Below the pieces are notes generated by a model that saw nothing but the letters and a program-made list of their open reading frames with translations, ran no database searches and had not been told where the DNA came from. A DNA stretch of 64,000 bases from a virus, in the IMG/VR virus record IMGVR_UViG_3300009164_000068, positions 3,413 to 67,412 of that record, one strand, 5' to 3'. Of the stretch, positions 38,405 to 48,751 are shown in pieces (position 1 is the first letter of the stretch; the number at the start of each line of letters is the position of its first letter). A program made the translations under genes and the position numbers.

Positions 38405-38952
38405 TTATACGACCACCTACAATAATTTATTGGTATGTACAGTACGATGCAACAGGGAAAGTCCATGCATTAAGCAACGTGCCGTCGACTGTTAATAGAA
38501 ATTTTGAAATTGATAGAGAACTTGTTAAAGAGTTCATGGCTTTCGGTACAAAAAAAGCCGATAATTACACTATCGAATACTTTTTTAATCTCAGTAAAGG
38601 CATAATTGAAAAAGAAGAAGAGCAAGTCATTGTTCAAAATAATATGCCTTACTTAATTCCCCGTACTAAGTCTTATAATAACGAAATAACTATAGAACAT
38701 TATACCAGCGAAGCAAAATGGAGAATATCTGTAAGGGAAGATATTAAGGATAAATTAGAGATAGCATCTTCTTTTTTGTTTTTTGTTTCTAAAAAAGATA
38801 ACCCGCATATATTGTATACTACAATTCATGTAGATACTATTAAAATAAATGAAGATATACCGTTTAAAACCAAAGTTGAACTAAATTTATCTAAGTTTAG
38901 TTTAGTAACAAACAAACGTTTTAACTCTTACGGTATTAAGGAAATAGAATGA
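38401..38952 (+). CDS. Hypothetical protein
   Basis: 183-aa ORF coupled on both sides (ATGA overlaps). Confidence 0.6.
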   Translation: MIIRPPTIIYWYVQYDATGKVHALSNVPSTVNRNFEIDRELVKEFMAFGTKKADNYTIEYFFNLSKGIIEKEEEQVIVQNNMPYLIPRTKSYNNEITIEHYTSEAKWRISVREDIKDKLEIASSFLFFVSKKDNPHILYTTIHVDTIKINEDIPFKTKVELNLSKFSLVTNKRFNSYGIKEIE

Positions 38953-39872
38953 GTCAAAAATTTAAAGTAACAGACTGCGATATTGTATATCTCAGTTATG
39001 ACGAACCAAATGCAGAAGAAAATTATGCCGATTTATTAACAAAAGTGCCATGGGCAAAACGGGTCCACGGAGTTGAAGGCAGTGATGCCGCACACAAGGC
39101 CTGTGCTCGAATTTGCGAAACAGAAAGACTTATAGTTGTTGACGGCGATAATAAAATTCGCCCCGAGTTCCTAAAGCAGGAAATTGAATTCAAAGATGAA
39201 GTAGATCTTAATCAAAGTGTAATTAGTTGGGGAGCCCAAAATGTTATTAACGGATTAATCTACGGCAACGGCGGAATTAAATGCTGGCCGACAAAGTTAG
39301 TTCTTGATATGAAAACTCACGAAGCTGCTGAGAGTGACAATGCTAAAACTCAGGTTGACTTTTGTTGGGATATTAATTATATACAAATGGAACAATGCAT
39401 GAGTGATGTGTATAATAATGCCACTCCGCAACAAGCATGGAGAGCAGGTTTCCGCGAAGGTGTAAAGATGGGATTAAACGAAGGTTCAAAAGTTGATCCT
39501 TTAAATTTTAGCAAAGTAGTACATTGGAAAAATTTTCAAAGATTATTAGTATGGATGCACATAGGCCTTGATGTTAAAAACGGTATATGGGCAATCTATG
39601 GAGCCCGTCAAGGCTGTTATATGACTAACTGCACAGACTGGGACTATGTCAATGTGCGTGATTTCAAATGGTTAAACACTTATTGGCAAACCGACGATAG
39701 TCAAATTACAGACAAAATGTTGCCTTATGAAATTATGGGCATTGGCGAAACGCTTAAACATGAATTAAGTTTATCAATGGCAGATGCATTCACTCCTGAA
39801 CAAAGTAAGTTATTTAAATCTCTGTATACTAATCCTCCTCGTATGCCAAATACATTTATTGTAGGAAAATAA
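38949..39872 (+). CDS. Glycosyltransferase-like protein (GT-A)
   Basis: LSYDEP, KRVHGV.G...AH, VVDGDN (DxD), YGNGGIK, W+AGFRE motifs. Confidence 0.6.
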   Translation: MSQKFKVTDCDIVYLSYDEPNAEENYADLLTKVPWAKRVHGVEGSDAAHKACARICETERLIVVDGDNKIRPEFLKQEIEFKDEVDLNQSVISWGAQNVINGLIYGNGGIKCWPTKLVLDMKTHEAAESDNAKTQVDFCWDINYIQMEQCMSDVYNNATPQQAWRAGFREGVKMGLNEGSKVDPLNFSKVVHWKNFQRLLVWMHIGLDVKNGIWAIYGARQGCYMTNCTDWDYVNVRDFKWLNTYWQTDDSQITDKMLPYEIMGIGETLKHELSLSMADAFTPEQSKLFKSLYTNPPRMPNTFIVGK

Positions 39873-40546
39873 TGTACGATATTGTATTCATTAGCTATCA
39901 AGAACCTGACGCCGACGATCATTGGAATCTTTTAAAAAATAGATTTCCGTTTGCAAAACGAGTTCACGGAGTAAAAGGAATACACCAAGCACATATCACT
40001 GCCGCAGGACGCTGCTTTACTGAGATGATTTGGGTAGTCGATGGCGATGCTATCATATTAGATACTTTTATGTTTAAGTATACTCCTCGAGATACTGAAT
40101 ATGTTCATGTATGGCGTAGTTGTAATCCAGTTAATGATCTTGAATACGGCAACGGCGGAGTTAAACTGTTACCAAGACTTATGACATTAAACATGGATGT
40201 GTCTAAACCTGATATGACTACCAGCATCAGTACAAAGTTTCAAAAGGTAGAAGAAATTTCAAACGTAACTGCATTTAACAGCGATCCGTTTAACACATGG
40301 AAATCAGCATTTAGAGAATGTACTAAGTTAGCCAGTGCAGTAATAGATAGGCAGAAACAAATAGAAACTGATATTAGATTAGATGCATGGTGCTCTATGG
40401 GCATTGATAGATTGCACGGGGAATATTCTATTAAAGGTGCTATCGCAGGTAGAGAATACGGTAGGCAACATGTGGGAAACATAGAAGCATTAAAATTAAT
40501 TAATAATTTTGAATGGCTTAACCAACAATTTAAGGAATCGATATGA
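39872..40546 (+). CDS. Glycosyltransferase-like protein (GT-A), paralog of 38949
   Basis: ISYQEP, KRVHGVKG...AH, WVVDGDA, YGNGGVK, WKSAFRE. Confidence 0.6.
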   Translation: MYDIVFISYQEPDADDHWNLLKNRFPFAKRVHGVKGIHQAHITAAGRCFTEMIWVVDGDAIILDTFMFKYTPRDTEYVHVWRSCNPVNDLEYGNGGVKLLPRLMTLNMDVSKPDMTTSISTKFQKVEEISNVTAFNSDPFNTWKSAFRECTKLASAVIDRQKQIETDIRLDAWCSMGIDRLHGEYSIKGAIAGREYGRQHVGNIEALKLINNFEWLNQQFKESI

Positions 40547-41601
40547 GTGAAAGTACAAGTAGTAGTGAATTTTTGTTAGGTATCGAAGAATATTTAAAAT
40601 TTATTAATGAACTTAATAAGTCTGAAATGATTCATGTGCTATCAAAGGCCTTAGCCAGTTCTGAACCAGAAATTGAATCAATTAAAACTTATTTTCAATT
40701 TCTTACAACTGACATCAAAAATAAAAATAAAAATCTTGCAGACCTGTTGCATGGATTTTATAAAATATCATCAAATATCCAATCGTTACAACTTGTATTA
40801 CAATACCTTAATAAGATATTAAGAGACGAGGGATTTGAAATAGAAGCTGATTTAGCCAAAAGTTTTTTACGAGGATTAGATGAAGGAAACTTTATTGATA
40901 TTGTTTCAACAGCATATATGTCAATGCTTGATACACAATTTCCAAACGATAAAATTTTTCGAGGACTTGCAAGTTATATTAAAAATAACAAAGAAAAAAA
41001 TGCAATTCACGACGCATTGAGCAGAAGTCAAATGAAAAGCAAAATTTGGCTTATAGAAGAACTTGCTAAGATAGATACACACTATAACAATGTAGCAGTA
41101 ATGGCAGGTTGGTTTGGCCAACTCAAAGCTATATATGAAAAGAAATGTACATATGCAAAGATGAGAATTGTTGAAATAGATAGAGCAGCTTGCGAAACCA
41201 GCGATTATATTTTCAATTTGAGTAATTTAGAAAATTACAAAGTAAAAAGTATTTTTGCTAATATTAGTAATTTAATTTTGCACAAGAATGGATATGAGTG
41301 GGATGTTGAAAATTTTAAAGAAGGTACCGCGTACAGTGAAAAATTCTTGCCAGACTTAATTATTAACACCAGCGCAGAACATATGACTGAGGAATGGTAC
41401 AATCAAATTCGATTTAAAGAAATGGAAAGTAATCCAATTGTTGCTATACAAAGTAATAATTTATTTGATATACCAGAACACATTAATTGTGTTCACAGCA
41501 TTGATCATATGAAGAAGAAATTTCCAATGAAAGAAATTCTTTATGAAGGTGAACTACAGTTAAAAGGATATAAGCGAGTTATGCTTATAGGAAGACCATG
41601 A
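40543..41601 (+). CDS. Putative class I SAM-dependent methyltransferase with helical N-terminal extension
   Basis: SQ..SKIWL..L; VAVMAGWFG (motif I-like); IVEID; LIINTSAEH. Confidence 0.55.
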   Translation: MSESTSSSEFLLGIEEYLKFINELNKSEMIHVLSKALASSEPEIESIKTYFQFLTTDIKNKNKNLADLLHGFYKISSNIQSLQLVLQYLNKILRDEGFEIEADLAKSFLRGLDEGNFIDIVSTAYMSMLDTQFPNDKIFRGLASYIKNNKEKNAIHDALSRSQMKSKIWLIEELAKIDTHYNNVAVMAGWFGQLKAIYEKKCTYAKMRIVEIDRAACETSDYIFNLSNLENYKVKSIFANISNLILHKNGYEWDVENFKEGTAYSEKFLPDLIINTSAEHMTEEWYNQIRFKEMESNPIVAIQSNNLFDIPEHINCVHSIDHMKKKFPMKEILYEGELQLKGYKRVMLIGRP

Positions 41602-41822
41602 TTGATTTAGAAACATTTGATTTAAGAACTTTACAAAAAGAAGCAGCCAGAGCCTTATCTGCCATGAGTGCTACAAATAATAATATTCATAAATTTAATC
41701 AACAAGCACACCATGACAGTCAGAAATGGTACAAAGCAGTAATATCTTGGTACATGAATCAATACGGTGATTTGCCAAGTCGTGTTGGACCCGGTACATT
41801 AGTTAAATTGGTAATGGAATAA
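41598..41822 (+). CDS. Small hypothetical protein (74 aa) preceding the radical SAM array
   Basis: Coupled by ATGA/TAATG overlaps; AGGAAG SD. Confidence 0.65.
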   Translation: MIDLETFDLRTLQKEAARALSAMSATNNNIHKFNQQAHHDSQKWYKAVISWYMNQYGDLPSRVGPGTLVKLVME

Positions 41823-42994
41823 TGTTATACAAATATAATGATATAAAAACACTGCATCTTGAAGTTACGGACAAATGCAATGCAGCCTGCCCAATGTGTG
41901 CCAGAAACATCAATGGTGGCGAAGACAATCCGCAACTGCCTGAAGTTGAACTAACACGATCGGACGTTGAAGTTATGTTCCCCGTTGATTTTGTCAAGCA
42001 ACTTGAAAGAATGTATATGTGTGGCAATTATGGAGATCCAATTGCTGCAAAAGACACACTTGAAATATTTCAATATTTTAGATTGCACAATCCTAAGATG
42101 ACACTAAGCCTGCATACAAACGGCAGTGCTAAAAGTACCGAATGGTGGGCACATCTTGCAACAATATTAGGACCAAAAGGCTATGTGGTTTTTAGTGTAG
42201 ACGGCCTTGAAGATACTAATCATCTGTACAGACAAAATACAGTGTTTAGCAAAATCATGACTAATGCTCAGGCGTTCATTAATGCAGGCGGTAGAGCACG
42301 TTGGGATTATATTGTATTTGCACACAACGAACATCAAGTTGAGGAAGCTGAAGCACTTGCAAAAACAATGGGCTTTGAAAAATTTCAATTTAAAAAATCT
42401 GCACGTTTCTTTAGTAATGCCAGTGGTGTAACTAAAGAAATGCATCAAAGTGCAAATAGAAAAGGTATTCAAACTACCTTATTACAACCGCCAACTAATC
42501 CTAAATATCGAAATAGTGCATTACAAGAACTTAGTAAAATTGCCAGCACAACAAACGAAATTAAGTTTCTTCCAAGCAAAGTAGTTGACTTAGATTCTAT
42601 TTTAGGCAAGCAAGTGTTTCACATAGAAGAAAATAAAAAGTCTCCTATGGAAAAATACTGGGATACTGCTCATATCAAATGTAAAGTTGCCGAAGAAAAG
42701 AGCATATACGTCAGCGCCGAGGGAATAGTGCAACCTTGTTGTTGGACTGCCGGACAGATGTATGTGTGGTACTGGCATCCAGAAAGCAGTCAAATTTGGG
42801 ACCTTATTAATGCTGTTGGAAAAGATAATCTCAATGCTAAGAATACTTCGTTACAGGGTATTGTAGACGGCTTGTTTTTTCAAACACTGTTGCCCGACAG
42901 TTGGAAAAAGACAAGCTGTGCAGATGGCAAACTTGCTGTATGCGCCAAGACCTGCGGCGGTAAATATGATGCCTTTACGGAACAATTCAAATGA
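41822..42994 (+). CDS. Radical SAM protein, type A (N-terminal rSAM, C-terminal twitch/SPASM-like Cys domain)
   Basis: CNAACPMC; CGNYGDP; C-terminal C...QPCC...CAKTC. Confidence 0.9.
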   Translation: MLYKYNDIKTLHLEVTDKCNAACPMCARNINGGEDNPQLPEVELTRSDVEVMFPVDFVKQLERMYMCGNYGDPIAAKDTLEIFQYFRLHNPKMTLSLHTNGSAKSTEWWAHLATILGPKGYVVFSVDGLEDTNHLYRQNTVFSKIMTNAQAFINAGGRARWDYIVFAHNEHQVEEAEALAKTMGFEKFQFKKSARFFSNASGVTKEMHQSANRKGIQTTLLQPPTNPKYRNSALQELSKIASTTNEIKFLPSKVVDLDSILGKQVFHIEENKKSPMEKYWDTAHIKCKVAEEKSIYVSAEGIVQPCCWTAGQMYVWYWHPESSQIWDLINAVGKDNLNAKNTSLQGIVDGLFFQTLLPDSWKKTSCADGKLAVCAKTCGGKYDAFTEQFK

Positions 42995-44247
42995 CCACAA
43001 ATAAATTTTCAGAACTTTCTAATACTAACGATCCTACATGCTTATATAAATGGGCATGGAGTACAATTTTTTTACAAACAGGTAGGACATCGAGTTGTCA
43101 CAGAACTTGGAATGATCAAGTAGATCATACTAATTTTGAAACATTCCACAATACTCCTACTAAGTTGGAAACACGACAAGCTATGTTAGATGGCAAGTGG
43201 CCAGGCAAGGGTTGCGAGTATTGTAAAAAAATTGAAGACGCAGGCGGCGTAAGTGACCGAGTAGATTTAAATGGCAATGCACGAATAGAATGGATTCCTA
43301 AAGAATTAATGGAAAATAATCGAGCAATTAATATTACACCTACTATGGTAGAAGTTTATTTTAGTAATCTATGTAATATGGCCTGCGTGTACTGTGATCC
43401 CGGATACAGTTCAACCTGGGAAGTTGAAGCAAGAAAACACAACTTATACTCGAAAGAATATCTTGATAAGTTAATTTTTAACAAAGATAAGTACAGTCTA
43501 ATTTTAGAAAAGTTTTGGCAATGGCTTGATAAAAATGCTGCCAACCTTGAAAGATATAATATTCTTGGCGGTGAACCGTTTTATCAAGACGAGTTAGAAA
43601 CAAATATTGAGTTTTTTGAAACTCATCCTTGTCCTAATTTAAAACTTACTATTTTTTCTAATCTCAAAGTTAATGAGAAAAAGTTTAAAACTATCATGGA
43701 TAAAGTTAATTCTTTATTACAAAGAAAACATCTTAAAGAAGTTAAAATTACTGCCAGTATTGACTGCTGGGGTTCTCAACAAGAATACGTTAGACACAGT
43801 ATAGATTTAACTCAATGGAAGAAAAACTTTTCTATTCTCGTGCATGATTATGTAGATGTTGAATTAGAATTACATGGTACAATGAGTGGCCTAACAATTA
43901 AAACTATTCCAGAGTTAACCGAGCGCATGAATGCATGGAATGTGTTTAGAAGAAGCATAAACAAAAAAACAATCTATCAAACATTCAATCTTGTAGTGCA
44001 TCCTCCTTATATGGCACCAGGCATTTTCCCTACAGGTTTCTTTGATGCAGACTTTGATAGATTAGTAGCAGTTGTAGAACACGAATCAGATAAACGAACT
44101 ATTCGCGGATACCAATCTACTATAAACAATGCATCACACAATCCAGATATGGTAGAAAAATTAAAAACAGAGCTGACTGCAATTGACAAACGACGAAATT
44201 TAAATTGGAGAGATCATTTTGCTTGGTTAGAGGGCAGCAATGTCTGA
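42991..44247 (+). CDS. Radical SAM protein, type B (N-terminal twitch-like Cys domain plus rSAM)
   Basis: TCLYKW...SSCH...CEYC; CNMACVYC; GGEP. Confidence 0.9.
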   Translation: MTTNKFSELSNTNDPTCLYKWAWSTIFLQTGRTSSCHRTWNDQVDHTNFETFHNTPTKLETRQAMLDGKWPGKGCEYCKKIEDAGGVSDRVDLNGNARIEWIPKELMENNRAINITPTMVEVYFSNLCNMACVYCDPGYSSTWEVEARKHNLYSKEYLDKLIFNKDKYSLILEKFWQWLDKNAANLERYNILGGEPFYQDELETNIEFFETHPCPNLKLTIFSNLKVNEKKFKTIMDKVNSLLQRKHLKEVKITASIDCWGSQQEYVRHSIDLTQWKKNFSILVHDYVDVELELHGTMSGLTIKTIPELTERMNAWNVFRRSINKKTIYQTFNLVVHPPYMAPGIFPTGFFDADFDRLVAVVEHESDKRTIRGYQSTINNASHNPDMVEKLKTELTAIDKRRNLNWRDHFAWLEGSNV

Positions 44248-45322
44248 GTATTTAAAAACACCTACAAAAATTCAGTTTGAGTTGAGCAGTATGTGTAATG
44301 CATTATGCTTAGGATGTGTTCGCACAGACAACAATAATTTTAACAGAGCCAAGCCGTCAATACCAAAAAAGAAAATGGTAGATGTTGCTACAATAAAAAA
44401 GTTATTATCAAGTTCCGCAATGCACACTGTTAACATGCTTGAATTCTGCGGTACCATTGATGAACCATTAATGCATCCGGACTTCTTTGAACTATTAGAA
44501 GAAGCATATAACATTAATCCAAACTATCGAATTGTCATTCACACTAATGCGGGAGTTAGGTCTACTGACGAATGGGTAAAACTTGCCGTAATATTAAAAA
44601 AATTTAAAGTTCCGCATAAGGTACTGTTTTCTATTGACGGTATAGGAGAAACCCATGAATTTTATAGACAGCTAACAAGCTACAATAAAATTATCGAAAA
44701 TGCAGAAGCGTTTATTAAAGCTGGCGGCAATGCAGTTTGGCAATTTTTAATTTTTCCGTGGAATCAGCATCAAGTTGAAGAAGCATCAAAATTAAGCGAA
44801 CAGATGGCATTTTCTGGATTCATAACTCGTAGAGATAGATCTGTTGTCTCTGCATTGGGCACAGAAGCTATTATCACACGTAAAACTAATAATCGACGTA
44901 AAGTAACTGTAGATAGTCCAAGTATGAATGAGCTATTAGCAACGTATGAGCCTATTAATCATGCTGAGATTTTTTGTGAAAATAAAAAAGAAGGCATGTA
45001 TTTTGTAAGCCACGATAGCAGGCTTTGGCCTTGTTGTTTTATACCAAACGGATTTTTCCAACATCCGTCCGTTAAGGTAGATTATTTGAAAGAAAGATTG
45101 TATAATAACTACGGAGAAGATTTTAACAACATGACTGTAACAGCAATAGACGATATTGTTAACTCGCCGTTTTTTAAAAATGATTTAGTTGAAAGTTGGA
45201 ACAACGATGTTTCAACAGGTCCTTGCGGAAAAATTACTCGTTGTGCAGAAACTTGCAATGTTGAAAAATTAAAAGTTTTACCAATCGGTAAACATCGACT
45301 AATTAGAGGCGCTAATGAGTAA
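44240..45322 (+). CDS. Radical SAM protein, type A
   Basis: CNALCLGC; CGTIDEP; C-terminal C...WPCC...CAETC. Confidence 0.88.
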   Translation: MSEYLKTPTKIQFELSSMCNALCLGCVRTDNNNFNRAKPSIPKKKMVDVATIKKLLSSSAMHTVNMLEFCGTIDEPLMHPDFFELLEEAYNINPNYRIVIHTNAGVRSTDEWVKLAVILKKFKVPHKVLFSIDGIGETHEFYRQLTSYNKIIENAEAFIKAGGNAVWQFLIFPWNQHQVEEASKLSEQMAFSGFITRRDRSVVSALGTEAIITRKTNNRRKVTVDSPSMNELLATYEPINHAEIFCENKKEGMYFVSHDSRLWPCCFIPNGFFQHPSVKVDYLKERLYNNYGEDFNNMTVTAIDDIVNSPFFKNDLVESWNNDVSTGPCGKITRCAETCNVEKLKVLPIGKHRLIRGANE

Positions 45323-46631
45323 AACATTTTGTCCAATTCCTTGGATATTTCAAGCAGTAAGAAATAACGGAGACATACGTATTTGTTGCCAAGCTAATGT
45401 AACAGAAAATCAGGGTGTAGTTAGACATGAGGATGGCACTCCCTATAACGCCGGTCGAGACAATATGGAATCTGCTCGCAATGCTACGCTAATGAAAGAT
45501 GTTCGTAAGAACATGCTCAACGGAGAATGGAGCTCGGAGTGTGGTCGCTGTCAACAGGAAGAAGATGCAGGACTTAATAGTCGCCGACAATATGAGATAG
45601 ATAACTGGGATTTTAGTTTAGATAATGCAGTAGATATCACTGCTACAGACGGCACAATCTCTAATTCTAAACTACAATACTACGATCTACGTTTTGGTAA
45701 CTTATGTAACCTTGCTTGCCGTATGTGCGGCCCAACAGATAGTCATACTTGGTATGAGCAATGGGTTGGCTATCACGGTGGATCAACTTATAAAGATACG
45801 CACGGAACTGTGCAGTTACTTAGAAACGAAAAAGGCCGATTAACAACTGCTGACTATGACTGGCACGGATCTGAAAGCTTCTGGGAACAAATAGAAAAGA
45901 ACATCCCTAATATTGAACATGTCTATATGGCAGGCGGCGAACCTATGATGATTGAACGTCATTATGAGTTCTTGCAGAAATGTATTGATACGGGTCATAG
46001 TAAAAAAATGACCATAGAGTATAATACTAACATAAGTAACTTGCCTAATCGTGTGCTTGACATGTGGACACAGTTTAAACAAGTTCGTGTAGGCGCCAGC
46101 ATTGACGGAATGGGCGAAGTATTAGAATACCAACGCTGGCCTATCAAATGGACACAGGCTTATAAAAATCTACAAAAACTTGACGAATATGCGCAGAAAA
46201 ATTCTAACATAATTGCTTGGTTAGCTTTTACTGTCACGGTATACAATGTATGGCATGTTCCGGAATTTATGTGGTGGAAATTAAAAGAAAGTGGATTTGT
46301 TAAAATCAATTCCACACTGCGTAGACCTATTATTACACATCATGTAGCACACGGCCCCAAACGAACTAACATTAAACTATTACCTGCAGATATCAAAACT
46401 GAATTATCTGAGTTTTATAATGAATGGCTTATACGTTTTAAAAACGAGTTTAGCGAACCAATTGCAAAAAATGCAGAATCTATTTTGAATAGTATTCTTA
46501 AGTTTGCAAACGCCGGCGATATTTCAAACACTTTACCTGAATTTATTAAATTCACTAAGTACTTAGACCAAGAACGAGAACAGAATATTTTAACAGTCGT
46601 TCCCCAGTATTCAAAAATTTTTAAGGAATAA
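45315..46631 (+). CDS. Radical SAM protein, type B
   Basis: FCPIPW...ICC...CGRC; CNLACRMC; AGGEP. Confidence 0.9.
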   Translation: MSKTFCPIPWIFQAVRNNGDIRICCQANVTENQGVVRHEDGTPYNAGRDNMESARNATLMKDVRKNMLNGEWSSECGRCQQEEDAGLNSRRQYEIDNWDFSLDNAVDITATDGTISNSKLQYYDLRFGNLCNLACRMCGPTDSHTWYEQWVGYHGGSTYKDTHGTVQLLRNEKGRLTTADYDWHGSESFWEQIEKNIPNIEHVYMAGGEPMMIERHYEFLQKCIDTGHSKKMTIEYNTNISNLPNRVLDMWTQFKQVRVGASIDGMGEVLEYQRWPIKWTQAYKNLQKLDEYAQKNSNIIAWLAFTVTVYNVWHVPEFMWWKLKESGFVKINSTLRRPIITHHVAHGPKRTNIKLLPADIKTELSEFYNEWLIRFKNEFSEPIAKNAESILNSILKFANAGDISNTLPEFIKFTKYLDQEREQNILTVVPQYSKIFKE

Positions 46632-46632
46632 A

Positions 46633-47349
46633 ATGGCAGACACATTACCACTAAAAGAAGTTGTACCAAGCAATCCGATGACAGTCAAGACATCCCAAGG
46701 CGATGTTACTATTGATATCACAGTTGTACAAAAACATCCGTTTCAAACACCTGCAAAAAAAGTTGGAATTAGATTGTCGGGCGGCGCAGACAGTGCAATT
46801 ATTGCATATATGTTAGCAATTTATAAAAGAGATTACAGACCAGATCTGTTGTTACGACCAGTTACTTGTGTAAACAACTTTAAGCCATATCAAGAAATCT
46901 TTGCAAAAAATGTAGTTAAAAAAATTACTGAATTGACTGGTGTTGAATTTGACGAACATTATGTAGGGCAAGTCGACGGTGATCATTATGTAAGTCAACA
47001 AAGTACATTTAGTAATAAGTTATATGAAGAACGAAAACTTGATATACACTTTATGGGAGAAACTATGAACCCTCCTATGAACGTAGAGGATGACTGGAAA
47101 TTTCACGGCGGCGGCCGTGATAATTCACGCAACGATCCAGCCCCAACATTTATTCCAGTATGTATTAATAAACCTATCAGGAATCTTAACAAACAAGGAG
47201 TTAAGGAATTATATGACCATTTTGGTGTAACTGATACACTATTCCCTGTAACAAGAAGTTGTGAAATTCATACTTTAGATTTTACTAATCATTGTGGTCG
47301 ATGCTGGTTCTGTCTTGAACGTCATTGGGGATTCGGTCGTTATGTCTGA
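46633..47349 (+). CDS. QueC-like adenine nucleotide alpha-hydrolase (PP-loop ATP pyrophosphatase)
   Basis: LSGGADS PP-loop; C-terminal TRSC...CGRCWFCLER Zn-binding pattern. Confidence 0.75.
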   Translation: MADTLPLKEVVPSNPMTVKTSQGDVTIDITVVQKHPFQTPAKKVGIRLSGGADSAIIAYMLAIYKRDYRPDLLLRPVTCVNNFKPYQEIFAKNVVKKITELTGVEFDEHYVGQVDGDHYVSQQSTFSNKLYEERKLDIHFMGETMNPPMNVEDDWKFHGGGRDNSRNDPAPTFIPVCINKPIRNLNKQGVKELYDHFGVTDTLFPVTRSCEIHTLDFTNHCGRCWFCLERHWGFGRYV

Positions 47350-48751
47350 TAAAGAATTACCATCTGATACATTTTGTATCTTGCCCTGGGTGCATCTAAG
47401 TACACGCCCTGACGGCAGTATGCGAGTATGCTGTACTGCAAATGCCAGTAGTGTTGGAGCCACAAACGATAAACTCCACGGGGGTATGGTTGGTGTTTTA
47501 AAAACAGATGATGGTAAACCTAATAATCTAAATGTAAGCGATTTTCAAACTGCATGGAATAGCAGTTATATGAAAAACGTTCGTAAGCAAATGCTTAACG
47601 GAGAACAACCTCCAAGTTGTCTTAAATGTTACAAAGAAGAATCTGCTGGACATAAAAGTAAACGCCAGTGGGAAACCGCCTATTGGAGTAAGCGAGTCGA
47701 TGTTGATAAGTTAATTGCGGATACTGCTGAAGATGGCGGTGTGCCACCTCAGCTTGCATATATTGATTTGCGATTTGGAACAAAATGCCAACTGGCGTGT
47801 GTTATGTGTAGTCCCCATGACAGTAGTGGTTGGATTAAAGATTACAAAGCAATTTTTCCCGAAGTAGAAAATGCCAGTCTTAAACAAACAATGCTGTGGA
47901 CCGACAAAGGCAGTACTAACGGAAGTAGCTATAACTGGCATAAACAAAATCCAACGTTCTGGAAACAATTCTACGAACAGATTCCTCACATGCAACAGAT
48001 TTATTTTGCAGGTGGTGAAAGTTTAATTATTGAAGAACACTACGAAATTCTTGAAGAATGTATTCGTCAAGGTCATGCAAAGAATCTTGAGCTGCGCTAC
48101 AACAGCAATGGCGTTGAATGGCGAGAAGATTTATTTGATCTATGGAAGCATTTCAAGTTGGTTAGATTTCACTATAGTGTTGACAGCATCGGTGAAATGA
48201 ATCATTATATTCGTTATCCAAGTATGTGGGAACGCACAAAAGAAGTGTTTCATATTCTTGATACACAAACAGGCAATAACGTAGAAGTTACAGTGGCTTG
48301 TGCTGTACAGGCTTTGAACATTTATTATCTACCTGACTTTTTAAAATGGAAACTTGAAGAAGGTTTCAAGAAAATTAATATGTGGCCCTTTGGCGCAGGC
48401 GGCGTAAATTATCACTTTGTTTATCATCCACCACATTTAAATGTTAAAGTATTACCAGCTTGGTTTAAAGAAGAAGTACGTAAGAAATACGAAGCATTTT
48501 ATCCATGGTGGGAAGCTAATTGGGAAAAAGGTGTACCTACGTGGCATAAAGGTAAAGTAACTTTTGAAGACTGGCGCAATGCAGAATACGGTATTGATCG
48601 CCTTGAAGGCATGTTAAAGTTTATGGAAAGTGAAGATTGGAGTAACCGTTTATCCGAGACTAAGGAATTCTTAGATCTATGCGACAAACAACGAAATTTA
48701 AACTTTGCAGAGATATTTCCAGAGATGAAGAATATTTTTAAAGATGTATAA
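47342..48751 (+). CDS. Radical SAM protein, type B
   Basis: Start moved to ATG 47342; FCILPW...VCC...CLKC; CQLACVMC; AGGES. Confidence 0.9.
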   Translation: MSDKELPSDTFCILPWVHLSTRPDGSMRVCCTANASSVGATNDKLHGGMVGVLKTDDGKPNNLNVSDFQTAWNSSYMKNVRKQMLNGEQPPSCLKCYKEESAGHKSKRQWETAYWSKRVDVDKLIADTAEDGGVPPQLAYIDLRFGTKCQLACVMCSPHDSSGWIKDYKAIFPEVENASLKQTMLWTDKGSTNGSSYNWHKQNPTFWKQFYEQIPHMQQIYFAGGESLIIEEHYEILEECIRQGHAKNLELRYNSNGVEWREDLFDLWKHFKLVRFHYSVDSIGEMNHYIRYPSMWERTKEVFHILDTQTGNNVEVTVACAVQALNIYYLPDFLKWKLEEGFKKINMWPFGAGGVNYHFVYHPPHLNVKVLPAWFKEEVRKKYEAFYPWWEANWEKGVPTWHKGKVTFEDWRNAEYGIDRLEGMLKFMESEDWSNRLSETKEFLDLCDKQRNLNFAEIFPEMKNIFKDV

